Below, in pieces: positions 24,475 to 34,657 of a DNA stretch of 64,000 bases (the stretch's first letter is position 1; every line of letters starts with the position of its first letter). The notes under the pieces are model-generated. The model did no database searches and was not told the DNA's origin. It saw nothing but the letters and a program-made list of their open reading frames with translations. The position numbers were made by a program, and so were the translations under genes. Source of the stretch: a virus; the IMG/VR virus record IMGVR_UViG_3300019888_000002, positions 32,001-96,000 of that record; one strand, written 5' to 3'.

Positions 24475-27400
24475 TCATCCGATTATCGACGCTTCCCATT
24501 GGTTGGTCGTCGGTGCCGTGTCGAACTCGATGGAAGCCGAAGTCAACGAGATAGCCGTGACACCGATGAGCTGAATGTCGTTGGTGGACAGGTCCCGGAC
24601 CCAACCCCAGACCGCCTGAGTGTTGAGATTATGTGTGAGCGTGACCAGCGTGCTCCCTGCGGGTACGACCTGGGTGTACTTCCGCATGACAGCCGTGGTG
24701 TCCAGGGTGAGACCGCTGGCCCCGATGAGCAACGGTGCCGCGACCTTGACGGCCAGGGTCTTGGCTGCGGAGTCCACCACGATCGAGGCGTACGGCGAAG
24801 TCGACGCGGTATAGGCAATCGGCAGACCACCCCGAAGAATCTTGGCCCAGTTCTGTGCGGTGGTGTCCACTGTCACGGTACCGGTACCGGTCATCTGCCA
24901 AATCGAGTCGGCGTTGGTTCCACCGGACTGGATGGCGATGAGCGCACCGGGCATCAACGCAGAGCCACTGGCCATGTCGGTCGGCCGAATCCACGCCCCG
25001 GCCTTCACGATCCAGATACCGTTCTGGCTCGAGGCCGACTGAAGAGGAAGCAGCACTCTCTTGTCCAGGGCGACCAGGGTGCCGTCGATCGATTGCTGAC
25101 CGGACAACGAAGACACAGCGGCATTGGCGGCATAATCGACCGCGAACTTGGCCTGACCCAACGTGGCCACCTGATCGGTGACATTGGACGGGGTGGTCCG
25201 GGTCGCCACCTGAGCGTTGACATAGGTGGTGTCGGCCTTGTTGGTGAGCGCCGTGGTCAGACCGGTGATGTCGGATTGTGGGATGGCCACGGCGGCCGAG
25301 CGCGCGCCCACATCGGCGGCGTTGAGCACGATGGTGCCGGTGTACCCGTTGACCGAGGTGACCGCGTTCGGCAGAGACTGATAAGCCAGCCAGTTCCCGA
25401 ACTGACTCGGGTCGGCGGCCACCAACGCATAGGTGCCCTGATCAGCGGTGGAGGTGATGATGGCCACATCACCGAGCTGTACCTGAGCGGTGGTCAGTGC
25501 CAGCATCGCGGCCCTGTTGGCCACGGCATATGTTTCGTGAGTAGCGATAGCGGGAATCTGACCGGTGGGCACTTTGCCGCCAACGAGGTCGGCTTTGCCC
25601 GCTAGTCCGGTCGTGAGGGCCGAGCTGTCGGCCTTGGAAGAAAGCGCCGTATCAACTTGGTCCTTGCGATACGGATGCCCCGCCGCCGTCGCGGCGACCA
25701 CAGCGAACAGTCCCGCACTGTCGGTCTTGACGAGCTGGCTGGCTGTTCCGGTCGCGGTTGCGGCGTCGACCGAGGTCTTGGCGGCGTCTCCTCGGTTCAG
25801 CTTGGACTGGGTTCCCGCGTCGAGCGTGGTGGCGGGGATACCTCCGACCGGAACCTGATACTTGGTGGCCAGCTGCTGGTCCACCGAATCGGACTGGGTA
25901 TTGAAGGTGGACGTGTCGACCTTGGACTGTAGTGCCGTGTTGGTGTTGTCCAGTGCTGTCTGGTCGGCCTTGGTGGCGACCGTGGTGCTCAGCGCATTCA
26001 GTGCGGCTGTGGTGGCCTTGGTGCCGACCGTGGTGACCAAGGTATCGAAAGCGGCCTGGGCCACCTTCCCGTCGACCGTGGTCTGAAGAGCGTTGAGCGC
26101 TGCTGTGGTGGCCTTACCAGCGACCACGGCAGTAAGTGCATCCAGAGCGCTCACCGTGGCAAAGGCTGCCTCGGCCGGAGCGTTGAGATCGAGTTTGCGG
26201 AACGAAAGCGCGCCGTTAGCGGCGACATAGGGCCACATGGCCTCGGCCGGGTCCGCACCGAGGTGGTTGTAGTAGAGCACTCCCCCCGGGGTCCGGCCGA
26301 ACGGGGAACGGATGGCCACGGTGCCGATGTCATCGAGACCGTTGTCCACCCAGGACACCAGGTTCTTGGGAGCACTGCCGCCGCCCCCGAGCGCGGCGAT
26401 ATCGGTCTCGTTCTGCGAGATACGACTCAGTGCCGACGTGAGTCCGGTCTGTGCGGCCTTGGCGTCCAATGCGTCCTGAAGCCCGGCCACATCGGCCAAG
26501 GGCACAGCGACCGTACTGTCTCGAGCCCCCACATCGGCAGCGTTGAGGACAACAGTGCCGATATGACCGTTGACCGAGGCGACCGCGCCGGAGCCACCCC
26601 CGGTGGAGATGACCGTGCCGTCTTTCTTGACCAGCTGATTGAGGTTGTTCACCAACGGCACATCGGAATCGAGCAGCGTGGTAGGGACGAAACCCCCGGC
26701 CGTCTTGAGCACGGCAGAGTTCTGAAGCGTGGACAACGAGGCAGCGCTGGCCTTGGTGCCGAGCGCGGTGTTGATCGTGGCCAGGTCGGTCTGAGAAAGC
26801 TTGGCCGCCAGGTCTGCGGTGAGCCCGGTGATCTCGGATTCGGCGATCGCCAACCCGACCGGTCGTGCCCCCACATCGGTGGCCCCCAGTGTGATAAGCC
26901 CGGTCTGTCCGTTGACCGAGGTGACACTGCCTGCGGCTGCCGAAAGCCGTTTCCAGGAGGCGAGCAGAGCAGGGCTGGCAGACACCAACATCCAGGTGCC
27001 GTCCGGCCGGATCGCAATGTCTCCGGGCTGTACCTGCGTGGTGGTCAGTGCCAGCATCCCGGCTTCGTCGTTGACCGAGAGGGCAGTGCCCAGGGCGATC
27101 GAAGGGATCTGACTGGTCGGGATCTTGCCTCCCACCAAGTCGGCCTTGGTGGCCATGGTGGCGTTGAGCAGAGCAAGCGAAGACGACAGCGAAGCCACCG
27201 AGGCGTTGGTGTCGGTGACGATCCCGTTGACCGTGATCTGAAGCGCGGCAATCGCGGACTCTCGAGCAATCCGCTCGGTGAGATCGGCAGCCCGGAACTC
27301 GGTGATCGCACCGTTGATCATGGCGGTGCTCGAGGAGATGACAGAGCTGATCTGGATCTCGAGCTGCGCAGCGGCATAAGACCGGTTGGCAGCGTCGATC

Positions 27401-27906
27401 GTCATACGATCCAGAATCTCCTGAGTGATCCTGTTGTCGAGTGCGGCAGTGGCATCGCCCCCGGTGACCTCGTTGCCGTTGGCGTCGATCACCAGACCGG
27501 CCGAGTTGAGCCGGGCCACCCGTCCCGCCACCCCGAGGTCTTGCTCCTTGAGGTAGGTCTCGTCGCCCATGATCGCACCGAGATCGAAGAGATCGTCGTA
27601 GCTGATGTCGGAGTTCGGCATCGTGAAATCGGTGTTCTCCACCCGGCCGAGGAAGTCCTTGCGCCAGGAGACTCGGTACAGGATCGGCCGATCGAGTCCG
27701 GGTTCGTAGCTGGGGGTCAGCATGAACTCGGCTGTGTTGATGTCGTCGGTGAGCGTGATCATTCTGCGCTCGAACACAGCCGGGTAGGTCACATTGCCAC
27801 TGCCGGAGCTGCTGGTGGTCAACGACCGGACGATGACCTCGATCCGGTCTGCTTTCCCGGTGGCGGTGATCGAATGCCCGAACGGGACCGAGAATTTCCG
27901 TTTCAC
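24475..27906 (-). CDS. Tail fibre / long minor tail protein (~1140 aa)
   Basis: KAD/KV helical repeats, duplicated MLALT..VQ.GD.AI modules, SVNG.TG.V.L.A.DVGA repeats, C-terminal THNLNT motif; GTG 27906 with SD GGGAG. Confidence 0.8.
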   Translation of the reverse strand: MKRKFSVPFGHSITATGKADRIEVIVRSLTTSSSGSGNVTYPAVFERRMITLTDDINTAEFMLTPSYEPGLDRPILYRVSWRKDFLGRVENTDFTMPNSDISYDDLFDLGAIMGDETYLKEQDLGVAGRVARLNSAGLVIDANGNEVTGGDATAALDNRITQEILDRMTIDAANRSYAAAQLEIQISSVISSSTAMINGAITEFRAADLTERIARESAIAALQITVNGIVTDTNASVASLSSSLALLNATMATKADLVGGKIPTSQIPSIALGTALSVNDEAGMLALTTTQVQPGDIAIRPDGTWMLVSASPALLASWKRLSAAAGSVTSVNGQTGLITLGATDVGARPVGLAIAESEITGLTADLAAKLSQTDLATINTALGTKASAASLSTLQNSAVLKTAGGFVPTTLLDSDVPLVNNLNQLVKKDGTVISTGGGSGAVASVNGHIGTVVLNAADVGARDSTVAVPLADVAGLQDALDAKAAQTGLTSALSRISQNETDIAALGGGGSAPKNLVSWVDNGLDDIGTVAIRSPFGRTPGGVLYYNHLGADPAEAMWPYVAANGALSFRKLDLNAPAEAAFATVSALDALTAVVAGKATTAALNALQTTVDGKVAQAAFDTLVTTVGTKATTAALNALSTTVATKADQTALDNTNTALQSKVDTSTFNTQSDSVDQQLATKYQVPVGGIPATTLDAGTQSKLNRGDAAKTSVDAATATGTASQLVKTDSAGLFAVVAATAAGHPYRKDQVDTALSSKADSSALTTGLAGKADLVGGKVPTGQIPAIATHETYAVANRAAMLALTTAQVQLGDVAIITSTADQGTYALVAADPSQFGNWLAYQSLPNAVTSVNGYTGTIVLNAADVGARSAAVAIPQSDITGLTTALTNKADTTYVNAQVATRTTPSNVTDQVATLGQAKFAVDYAANAAVSSLSGQQSIDGTLVALDKRVLLPLQSASSQNGIWIVKAGAWIRPTDMASGSALMPGALIAIQSGGTNADSIWQMTGTGTVTVDTTAQNWAKILRGGLPIAYTASTSPYASIVVDSAAKTLAVKVAAPLLIGASGLTLDTTAVMRKYTQVVPAGSTLVTLTHNLNTQAVWGWVRDLSTNDIQLIGVTAISLTSASIEFDTAPTTNQWEASIIG

Positions 27907-27994
27907 TCTGTCTCCCAGGGCCGACGGTTGGGCTTGTCGTCCATTCTGTTGCCAGCCGGGGGAGGTCACAGCATCGGTAGACCTACCAGGTACC

Positions 27995-28576
27995 TCAGTC
28001 GGTTGCGTAAGGCGTCTTGGGGATGTCCGAGATGTTGTCGATGTTCCCTAGACCAATTTCCTGCTTGTACGGCCGGACCGTGCGCTTCTCGACAACGGGT
28101 TTACTCCGAGAAGCGTCATAGGGGTCGTACATCAAACCCTTCTGCACCTCACCAGGACCCAGATCCTCCAGCATGATCTCGGCTTCTCGAGCCTTGATCT
28201 GTGACCGTAGCTCGACGGCCTCGGTCACCCAGGTGGCACCGTTCTCCACGAACCAGCGGAGGTCGTCGTCGCTCAGGTCATCGATCCGGTGGTCGTAGTC
28301 GGGGATTACGGTGACCGTGAACTTGGGGTCGAGCTTAGGCAGGTCGTACACGGTGAACATCTCAGGAATAGCGTTGATGACATCTTGCTCGGCCGATCCG
28401 GATCGGGGCTTGATCCCCCAACCCACCACGATAGATGCCACCATGACAGCGAACAGCACGTAATTGATCTCCAGAGGCAGAAGATATCTCGGATTCATGA
28501 TCTGAACCACGATCTGAAGAGCCCAGACGACACCCGTCAGCACAGTAAGGAATCGAAACACCTTGACCGGGATCAT
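27995..28576 (-). CDS. Membrane protein (2 N-terminal TM)
   Basis: MIPVKVFRFLTVLTGVVWALQIVVQ...LFAVMVASIVVGWG. Confidence 0.6.
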   Translation of the reverse strand: MIPVKVFRFLTVLTGVVWALQIVVQIMNPRYLLPLEINYVLFAVMVASIVVGWGIKPRSGSAEQDVINAIPEMFTVYDLPKLDPKFTVTVIPDYDHRIDDLSDDDLRWFVENGATWVTEAVELRSQIKAREAEIMLEDLGPGEVQKGLMYDPYDASRSKPVVEKRTVRPYKQEIGLGNIDNISDIPKTPYATD

Positions 28577-28893
28577 CGTCTTTCCAACACCCGACGAACC
28601 TTCTCGATATCGGCGCGAGCATCGGCCAGACCTTCTTTGCCCGCCGTACAAAGCACCTGATCGGCCAGACGCTCGAACGCAGCCTGCGCCGGACTCCGAC
28701 GCAACTTGCGAGTACGGAATCTACCTTTGAAACGCCACACGGCCGTGGCTTTGTGGTTGCGGAACTGCTCGAGACCCACGCTCTGCGGGTCGAGACAGTG
28801 ATCTTTCGGTCGGTGAGCCTCGTAGGCGTCCCCATTGATGAAGATCGATCGGCAACGCTCACACCAGGTCTCGTCTGGCAGAAGTAGAGGCAT
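28573..28893 (-). CDS. Phage zinc-binding protein (FDxHR-like)
   Basis: WCERCRSIF...AYEAHR...CLDPQSVGL. Confidence 0.55.
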   Translation of the reverse strand: MPLLLPDETWCERCRSIFINGDAYEAHRPKDHCLDPQSVGLEQFRNHKATAVWRFKGRFRTRKLRRSPAQAAFERLADQVLCTAGKEGLADARADIEKVRRVLERR

Positions 28894-28931
28894 GGAGGTA
28901 GGCACGGTGTGGGGGTTCCTTCCGTCGGAGG

Positions 28932-29183
28932 CTAAGCCGAGGCTGGATAGAGTTCTCCAGTCTCCGGATCGGCAACGGTTTGTTCGCGAAGTGCCGTGGC
29001 AAGGTTCTCGCACATCTCGAGAACTGTTCTCAGGGACATTCCTCCAGCAAGAATGACCTGGATGTCTGGTTCGTCCCCACACGTGCATCCCCGAGGATGT
29101 CCGGGCAGAAGAAGAACGCCGGGCTGTACCGACTCGGTGTTGTACTGGATCGCCACCGAGAGATCATTCTGACCTTGAGACAT
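28932..29183 (-). CDS. Hypothetical protein
   Basis: SD GAAGGAAAGGAG; HPRGCTC motif. Confidence 0.6.
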   Translation of the reverse strand: MSQGQNDLSVAIQYNTESVQPGVLLLPGHPRGCTCGDEPDIQVILAGGMSLRTVLEMCENLATALREQTVADPETGELYPASA

Positions 29184-29252
29184 TGGTGGCTCCTTTCCTT
29201 CAGGTAGCCACAGTGTATCCAACCTGTCCTAGCATTGACATGATCAACTGGG

Positions 29253-29579
29253 CTACAGCGTGTGACCGATGGTGTCGATGAACAAGAAGGGCTTGGGTCT
29301 CAACCCGTCGGGGGTGTTGACGGTATCGCCCTTGACTCGGCCGACCACGTTCACCAGGTCGCCCTTGACGACACCCTCCTTCACCGATTCGGCCTGATCA
29401 CCGAAACAGATGGCCTCGATCTCGAAGGAATCACCGGGCACCTTACGGCCCAGGTTCTTGTCGAAGCGTTCCGAACTGAAGCGCAGCTGAACCAGAGTCG
29501 TACCTTTACCCTTACCGTTGCGGCTGAACGAAGGGTCCTCGAGCAACTCGGCTTGTCCGTTCAGATACGGAAGTCCCAT
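29253..29579 (-). CDS. ssb: Single-stranded DNA-binding protein-like (OB fold)
   Basis: L..DP.F...G....V.LR....R........GD...I....FG.QAE.V...V.KGD.V.V.GR pattern of SSB. Confidence 0.7.
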   Translation of the reverse strand: MGLPYLNGQAELLEDPSFSRNGKGKGTTLVQLRFSSERFDKNLGRKVPGDSFEIEAICFGDQAESVKEGVVKGDLVNVVGRVKGDTVNTPDGLRPKPFLFIDTIGHTL

Positions 29580-29589
29580 GATGGATCAC

Positions 29590-29650
29590 TGTTCCTTTCG
29601 AGTGGTCGTGCTCTGTACCCAGACTGTACCACAGTCAGAGGTTGTCGTTG
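29590..29650 (-). promoter_or_regulatory. Promoter with GTAC-N7-GTAC
   Basis: TGTGGTACAGTCTGGGTACAG; gtac at 29615 and 29626. Confidence 0.7.
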
Positions 29651-30071
29651 GGTGGGGCTCCCGAAGGAACCCCACGAGATCAGAGGCTCTGAGCGCGGAG
29701 CTTGGTCGAGTTCGCCATCTTGTCGGCGAAACGCTCGATGCTCGGCCGGAGCATCTCGGCGTAGTTCAGCCACGCCTGCTCGTCGGAGGCCATCCAGCCC
29801 ATGCCGTAGACATCGGAGACCGGCCGGTAGCAGCTCCGGCAGATGACCCCGTGCTGTCCGCCCTTGCCGGACGCCTTGCAGCAATCGGTGAGGTAGTACA
29901 CGATCCCGTCCTGGGCTACCAGGGTGCCGCCGACCGAGTCGGACGCGAGGACTACCGGCTGGCTGGGGGCGAAGGTGGAGGACATGAGGTTCCTTTCTCG
30001 GCGAGGCCCGGTGCCTTGCTCGTAATAGAACTGTACCACAGATGTACCTAGGGTTGTCAACCCCCGAACCG

Positions 30072-30110
30072 AAAGCAAAAATCCCCTCTCCCGCGAGGGG
30101 AGAGGGGATT
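30072..30110 (-). terminator. Intrinsic terminator
   Basis: ATCCCCTCTCCC stem around a short loop, followed on the minus strand by TTTTTGCTTTC. Confidence 0.85.
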
Positions 30111-33100
30111 CCGGGGAATCAGGCGTTGATCAGGAACTTCACGCCGTTACGGTCCTGGCGGAAGTCGCGACGGTCACGACGGTGGCTGGAAGCCTTGACG
30201 ACCTTGCGAACGCGAGCAACCTTGCGGCTCTGCACGATGTGATCACAATGACCGTCGCACTTGCCGTGGAAGATGTCCAGCTCGTCGGCGGTGGTGTTGT
30301 GAAGGGCTCGCATCGGGGGTTCCTTTCGTTGTTCTTGCTTGTGTACTCATACTGTACCACAGATTTAGGAAGCCGCAACGGTCGATTCCTGGAGGGCTCG
30401 CTGAATCGTCGCGGCGATCATCTCCTCGGTGGCCCCGGCCGACCGGGCCTCGTTGGCCCAGCTGATCTGAGCGGCTCTTCGAGTCCGGATCAGGTCCCGA
30501 TCAGCGTTCTCCAGCGCGGCCTGATAGAGACGCTGGGTGGAGTCGTGAACGCGCCCCAGGGACTGGTCGAGAGACGACATGTGGTTTCCTTCCGAGAGGT
30601 TCTTGCCTGTACCCATACAGTACCACAAATGAACTACATGCACGCCCGAACGGACCGGGGTTTTACATCTCGTACCAGTGCGAATCCAACTGACCTGTTG
30701 CCCGCCCGAACTCCAGAATTCTTTCCAGTTCCTCGTTGCTCATCGTCGTGTCCTCTCGTGTGAAGTAGAGCGTGAAGTGGCCGGGGAGGTTGCCCCCCTC
30801 CCCGACATCCGATCAGGAGAACTGTACGTAGAAGGCGGGACGGTCCCGACGATCCTTCTCGACTGCCTTCAGGTCTCGCTTGTTCTTCGCGGCTGCCTTG
30901 TCCTCGAATCCCTTGAGCACCTCGATGAAGTCCCTCCCATGCTTGGCAGCAACGGCCCGAGCGATCCGGTCTGCTGTATTGATCCACTCGGCAGCGTCGG
31001 GGTGCGTCTGGCCGTACCAGAGAAGACTGGCCAGACCGGACACTGCTTCGAGTTCCGCGCCCCGCTCGGTCTTGAACATCATCTCGCCGGTCGTCGGATC
31101 GTTGAGCTGCTTGGCGTTCTTCTCGATGTTCTTGGCTGCCCGCTCCGCACGAACCTGCTCCAGGCGACGGTCCTCGTCGGTCTTGATCGTCCCCGGACGG
31201 CTGGTCATCTCGACCGGAGCGTCCGGGTAGCACCAGGTGCACGCCTTGTTGCCTGCGGCGGCGATGATCTCGTCCTGAGCCTGCCCGCTGAATTCGGTGA
31301 GCCACACGTACTCGGTGGTAATGAAGCACGATCCGCAATGAGTGCTGGTGTGCACGTGCCCCCCGGTGTTGTTGACCAGGAAGGCCCGCTCCCATCCGCC
31401 CCGCGCCGCGAAGACCTCGTTGAGGTAGTCCTGACGCTTGCGAACCTCGGCCAGCTTGGCTGCCAACACGGCCTCTTCGCCACCGAGCTTGGACAACTCG
31501 CGATCGATGTCTGCTGGGGTGCGAACCTGGTCTGTGTGGCGGATCGTGGTGGTCATCGCGGGGGTTCCTTTCAAGTGGTCTTGCTTACAACTCCTATAGT
31601 ACAGGAGTGGTACAGCACCTGTCAACACATGTACCCAAACTGACCCAAGCCTGTGCTTATCGAAACTAACGATCCGCCTGACCTGGGGAAACAGGAACCG
31701 ATACCTCGATCTCGTCGGCCAACTCCCGCAACCACCGAGCTACTCGGGCTGGAGTGTGATTGACCCCGGTCATCTTGGACTCGGGATTCTCCGGCCCACC
31801 ACCGATGTAGACCGAGACATGAATGTTCCCGAATCGATCGACCTTGTGCTGAAAACTCATCAGACCTCGGCTCCCGAGGTCACCAGCCTGCGCAGGGCAG
31901 TCTTGATGCTGGTCTCCCCGACCACGGTCAGGACCCGCTCGTCACGGCCCTCGAGCACGACGATCTCCTTGGTCGTGTTCGGCACGGCCTCGATGAAGAA
32001 GCGCGTCGGCAGCCAGGTCGGCCGGGAGGTCTGCGGGCTACCGGTACCGGACTGCGTGGTGTCACGACGGACTCCTCCACCGACGGCCTGCTCGATCCGG
32101 TAGGTCCCGTCCATCAGCTCCACTGCGCGGAGCCTGAGATCGGTGAGGGTGTCGGTATGGTAGACGGTCTTGCTCATAGCGGGGGTTCCTTTGCTGGGGA
32201 GTGAAAGTGTCGGCGCGCGTGTCAGCGGGCGAGGTACCGGGTCCAGGCCCCGTTACCGGTGGCGAGCACGAACTGGTGGCGCACCATCCATCGGATGACC
32301 ACCGAGGTGTCCTGGTAGTCGGCCTTGACCTTGCGTGCCAGCTCCGAGATCGTCCAGGTCTTGGCCGGATCGGCCCGGAGCACGGCCTCGATCGGATCGG
32401 CGAGGTCCCACTGGGTGTCGGTCATCTCCCCGGCGAGGTACGCGGCGAGGCCGTCGTTGGCGGAGTCTCGGACATCTTGGTCGGCTGCACAGATCATGAT
32501 GCGGTTCCTTTCGATGGGTCCTGCTCTTTGTGTGTACTGTTACTGTACCACAATTGAGCTAGTGTGCAACCCCTTTTACGAGACTCTCTGGAAACACTCC
32601 AGGACGGCCTTGGTGACGGCCTTCTCGATATCGTCGTGCCCGAGCGCGGGGAAGCGCTTGAGCAACTCCCCCATCCGCTGCGCCAGGGCCTGACCCTCTT
32701 CGGTCTCGTAGAGGAACTCCTGGACCACGAAGGTGGCCACCTCGGTGACCCCCCGATCCAGCGCCTCGGCAATCTTCTCGGCGAGCGCGTTCTCCACGCT
32801 GTCCGAAGCCACCGAAAAGGTGAAGGCGGCCGGGGTCGGCTCCTGCTGCTCGGTGAAGTACTTGCGAAGTCGTTCCCGCAGATTCATGTTCATCGGACGA
32901 TCCTTTGAGGGGAGAGTTTGTCTCGGAGAATCGGAATCAGCTCCCCAAGATGTTTCCGGGTCGACGGCCACGGGACCACGTTGGCCGGGATCGTCGGGTC
33001 CGGGTAGTAGGGGGCAGGCAGATAGACCGAGTACGCCTCGAAGGAGACCGCGATCGAGAGCACATGATCCCCGGCGTAGCTCCCCTGCGTGACCCTGGTC

Positions 33101-33681
33101 AGGCCCAGAAGATACCGGGTCCCGTCCCCCGGCTGCCACACGGTGCCGATCTCGCCCAGGGTCTCGATCAGGTGCTGCGCCACGGCCGCGAGGTCCCGGG
33201 AGGGGTCGGTTGCCTCGTTCTCGAAAGACCGAGTCATCGTGTGCGCTCGTCGTGCTCGAGCGCGGGGAAGCGCTTCCACTCCTCGGGCAGGAAACCACCC
33301 TTGGACAACCATTCGTCCAGGGCCGAGACGGCCTCGGACATGTCCTGTGCGGCATCGAGCGCGGTCTCGTCGTTCTCAGCGTTCGAGAACGTCTCCCGAG
33401 CTTCTCGCAGAGTGCTCAGGGCTGTATTCGGGTCCATCGTGGGGGTTCTCCTCTAGGTCTTCGGTCTCGATGAAGCGGGCACCGCATTCGATGCACACCG
33501 ACAATATGGGGGTTCCGTCGTCCCCGGTCTCGGAGACCGTGACGTAGTGGGTGTAATGCCGGTTCGGTGTCATTCCCACGAGCGAAATCACGATCATGGC
33601 AGGTTCCTCCGAATGAAACATCTGTGGGGGTGGAGAGGAATGTACCGAACCCGGGAAGAGCTGTGTGAGGATTCGCCGAGA

Positions 33682-33705
33682 CGGGGCTCCGTGTCGGAGC
33701 CCCGC
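33682..33705 (-). terminator. Terminator hairpin
   Basis: cggggctcc-gtgtc-ggagccccg right after the stop at 33711. Confidence 0.6.
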
Positions 33706-34041
33706 CGATCTCAGACGTACTTGCGGGCGATCTCGACCATCGTCTCGGCGTAGATGTCCTTGGCGTCTTCGAGGGACTCCCACTCGAAGGTGCGCTTGTT
33801 CAGGAACCCGATCGACATGTCGTAGAGGTCGAACGGGGTGAGTGTGATCGTGACCCGCATGATGCGGACCTGACGGGTGCCCGGCTTGACGATCCGGGCG
33901 TCGAAGGTGAGCGCGTCCCGGTAGTAGGCGAGGTTGTGTGCTCCCATTCCCATCAGGGTGGCCACACCGAGCTGACGCTTGATCTCGAGCGGAACACGGG
34001 CCGAGGACTCGGTGGCGGCGATGTTGGCGGGGATGAAGGAG

Positions 34042-34124
34042 GACATTGTGGGGGGTTCCTTTCGCTTGGTGTACCACCACTGTACCATAGATATCTCGGG
34101 AGGAGAACCCCCCCCCACAATGTC
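34042..34124 (-). promoter_or_regulatory. Promoter nested inside an anti-RBS inverted repeat
   Basis: gacattgtgggggg (34042-34055) / ccccccacaatgtc (34111-34124), a 14-bp perfect inverted repeat enclosing TACAGT and GTAC-N7-GTAC. Confidence 0.75.
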
Positions 34125-34133
34125 AGGGATCGA

Positions 34134-34583
34134 TCAGGACCCGAACGACCCGGTCGGGATCATGCCACCCAGCCCGGTCGACGGATCAGACTGCCGCTGA
34201 GGTGGTGTCTTCTGATACGCCGGACCCTGGTGTGGCTTGGACCCCGGCAACGATCCACCGGGCACCACGACCCATTGCTTGCCCATCGAGAAGCTCTGGC
34301 AGCCCCACGACACGCTGTAACCACCTCCGGGGACATCGGTATAGGTCACCGTCGCCGTGCTCCGTGGCGGGACCCGCAGAGTGATGGTGTCGAAGTACAC
34401 CGGCCCCGAAGCCTGAGCCGCACAAGAGGTGGCATCGTAATCGTTGTTCGTGAACGTGAACGTGAGAGCGTTGAGACTCGGTGTCGCGGTGAGAGGAACG
34501 ACAGCGGCATCGGCTGCCCCCACCCCCAGCACCAACGCCGACACCAACGCGCCCATCGAGACCAGCAGAGTGCGAACCTTCAT
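34134..34583 (-). CDS. Secreted/exported protein
   Basis: Signal peptide MKVRTLLVSMGALVSALVLGVGAADA; two Cys; beta-rich. Confidence 0.7.
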   Translation of the reverse strand: MKVRTLLVSMGALVSALVLGVGAADAAVVPLTATPSLNALTFTFTNNDYDATSCAAQASGPVYFDTITLRVPPRSTATVTYTDVPGGGYSVSWGCQSFSMGKQWVVVPGGSLPGSKPHQGPAYQKTPPQRQSDPSTGLGGMIPTGSFGS

Positions 34584-34657
34584 GAATCGAATCCTCTTCT
34601 TCTAGGTCCCCGACCCATAGGCACAAGATGTGTCCAAGCTGATCAGTGTGCCCGGTT

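Larger units (their letters stand above)
29680..34046 (-). other. Array of ~13 short early genes, many with own promoter and terminator (29680-29985, 30119-30313, 30365-30580, 30813-31556, 31666-31860, 31860-32177, 32222-32497 wHTH-like, 32576-32893, 32890-33237, 33234-33437, 33711-34046)
   Basis: Strong GAAAGGAACCCC SD sites and coupled starts/stops; motif promoters at 30033, 30343, 30609, 31599, 32534, 34071. Confidence 0.75.

Noticed and set aside
506-28176. Long plus-strand ORFs (e.g. 1505..2896, 5789..7222, 15108..16607, 23788..25605, 26263..28176)
   Set aside because: They are antisense shadows of well-supported minus-strand genes in GC-rich DNA; no SD sites or recognisable motifs.
34108-34116. 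C9/G9 tract as a phase-variation switch
   Set aside because: It lies upstream of the likely -35 and is better explained as the pairing arm of the anti-RBS hairpin.
34120-34200. Plus-strand 26-aa mini-ORF with apparent SD (aggagaaccc...atg)
   Set aside because: The SD/ATG look is a by-product of the inverted repeat of the minus-strand RBS; no plus-strand promoter is evident.
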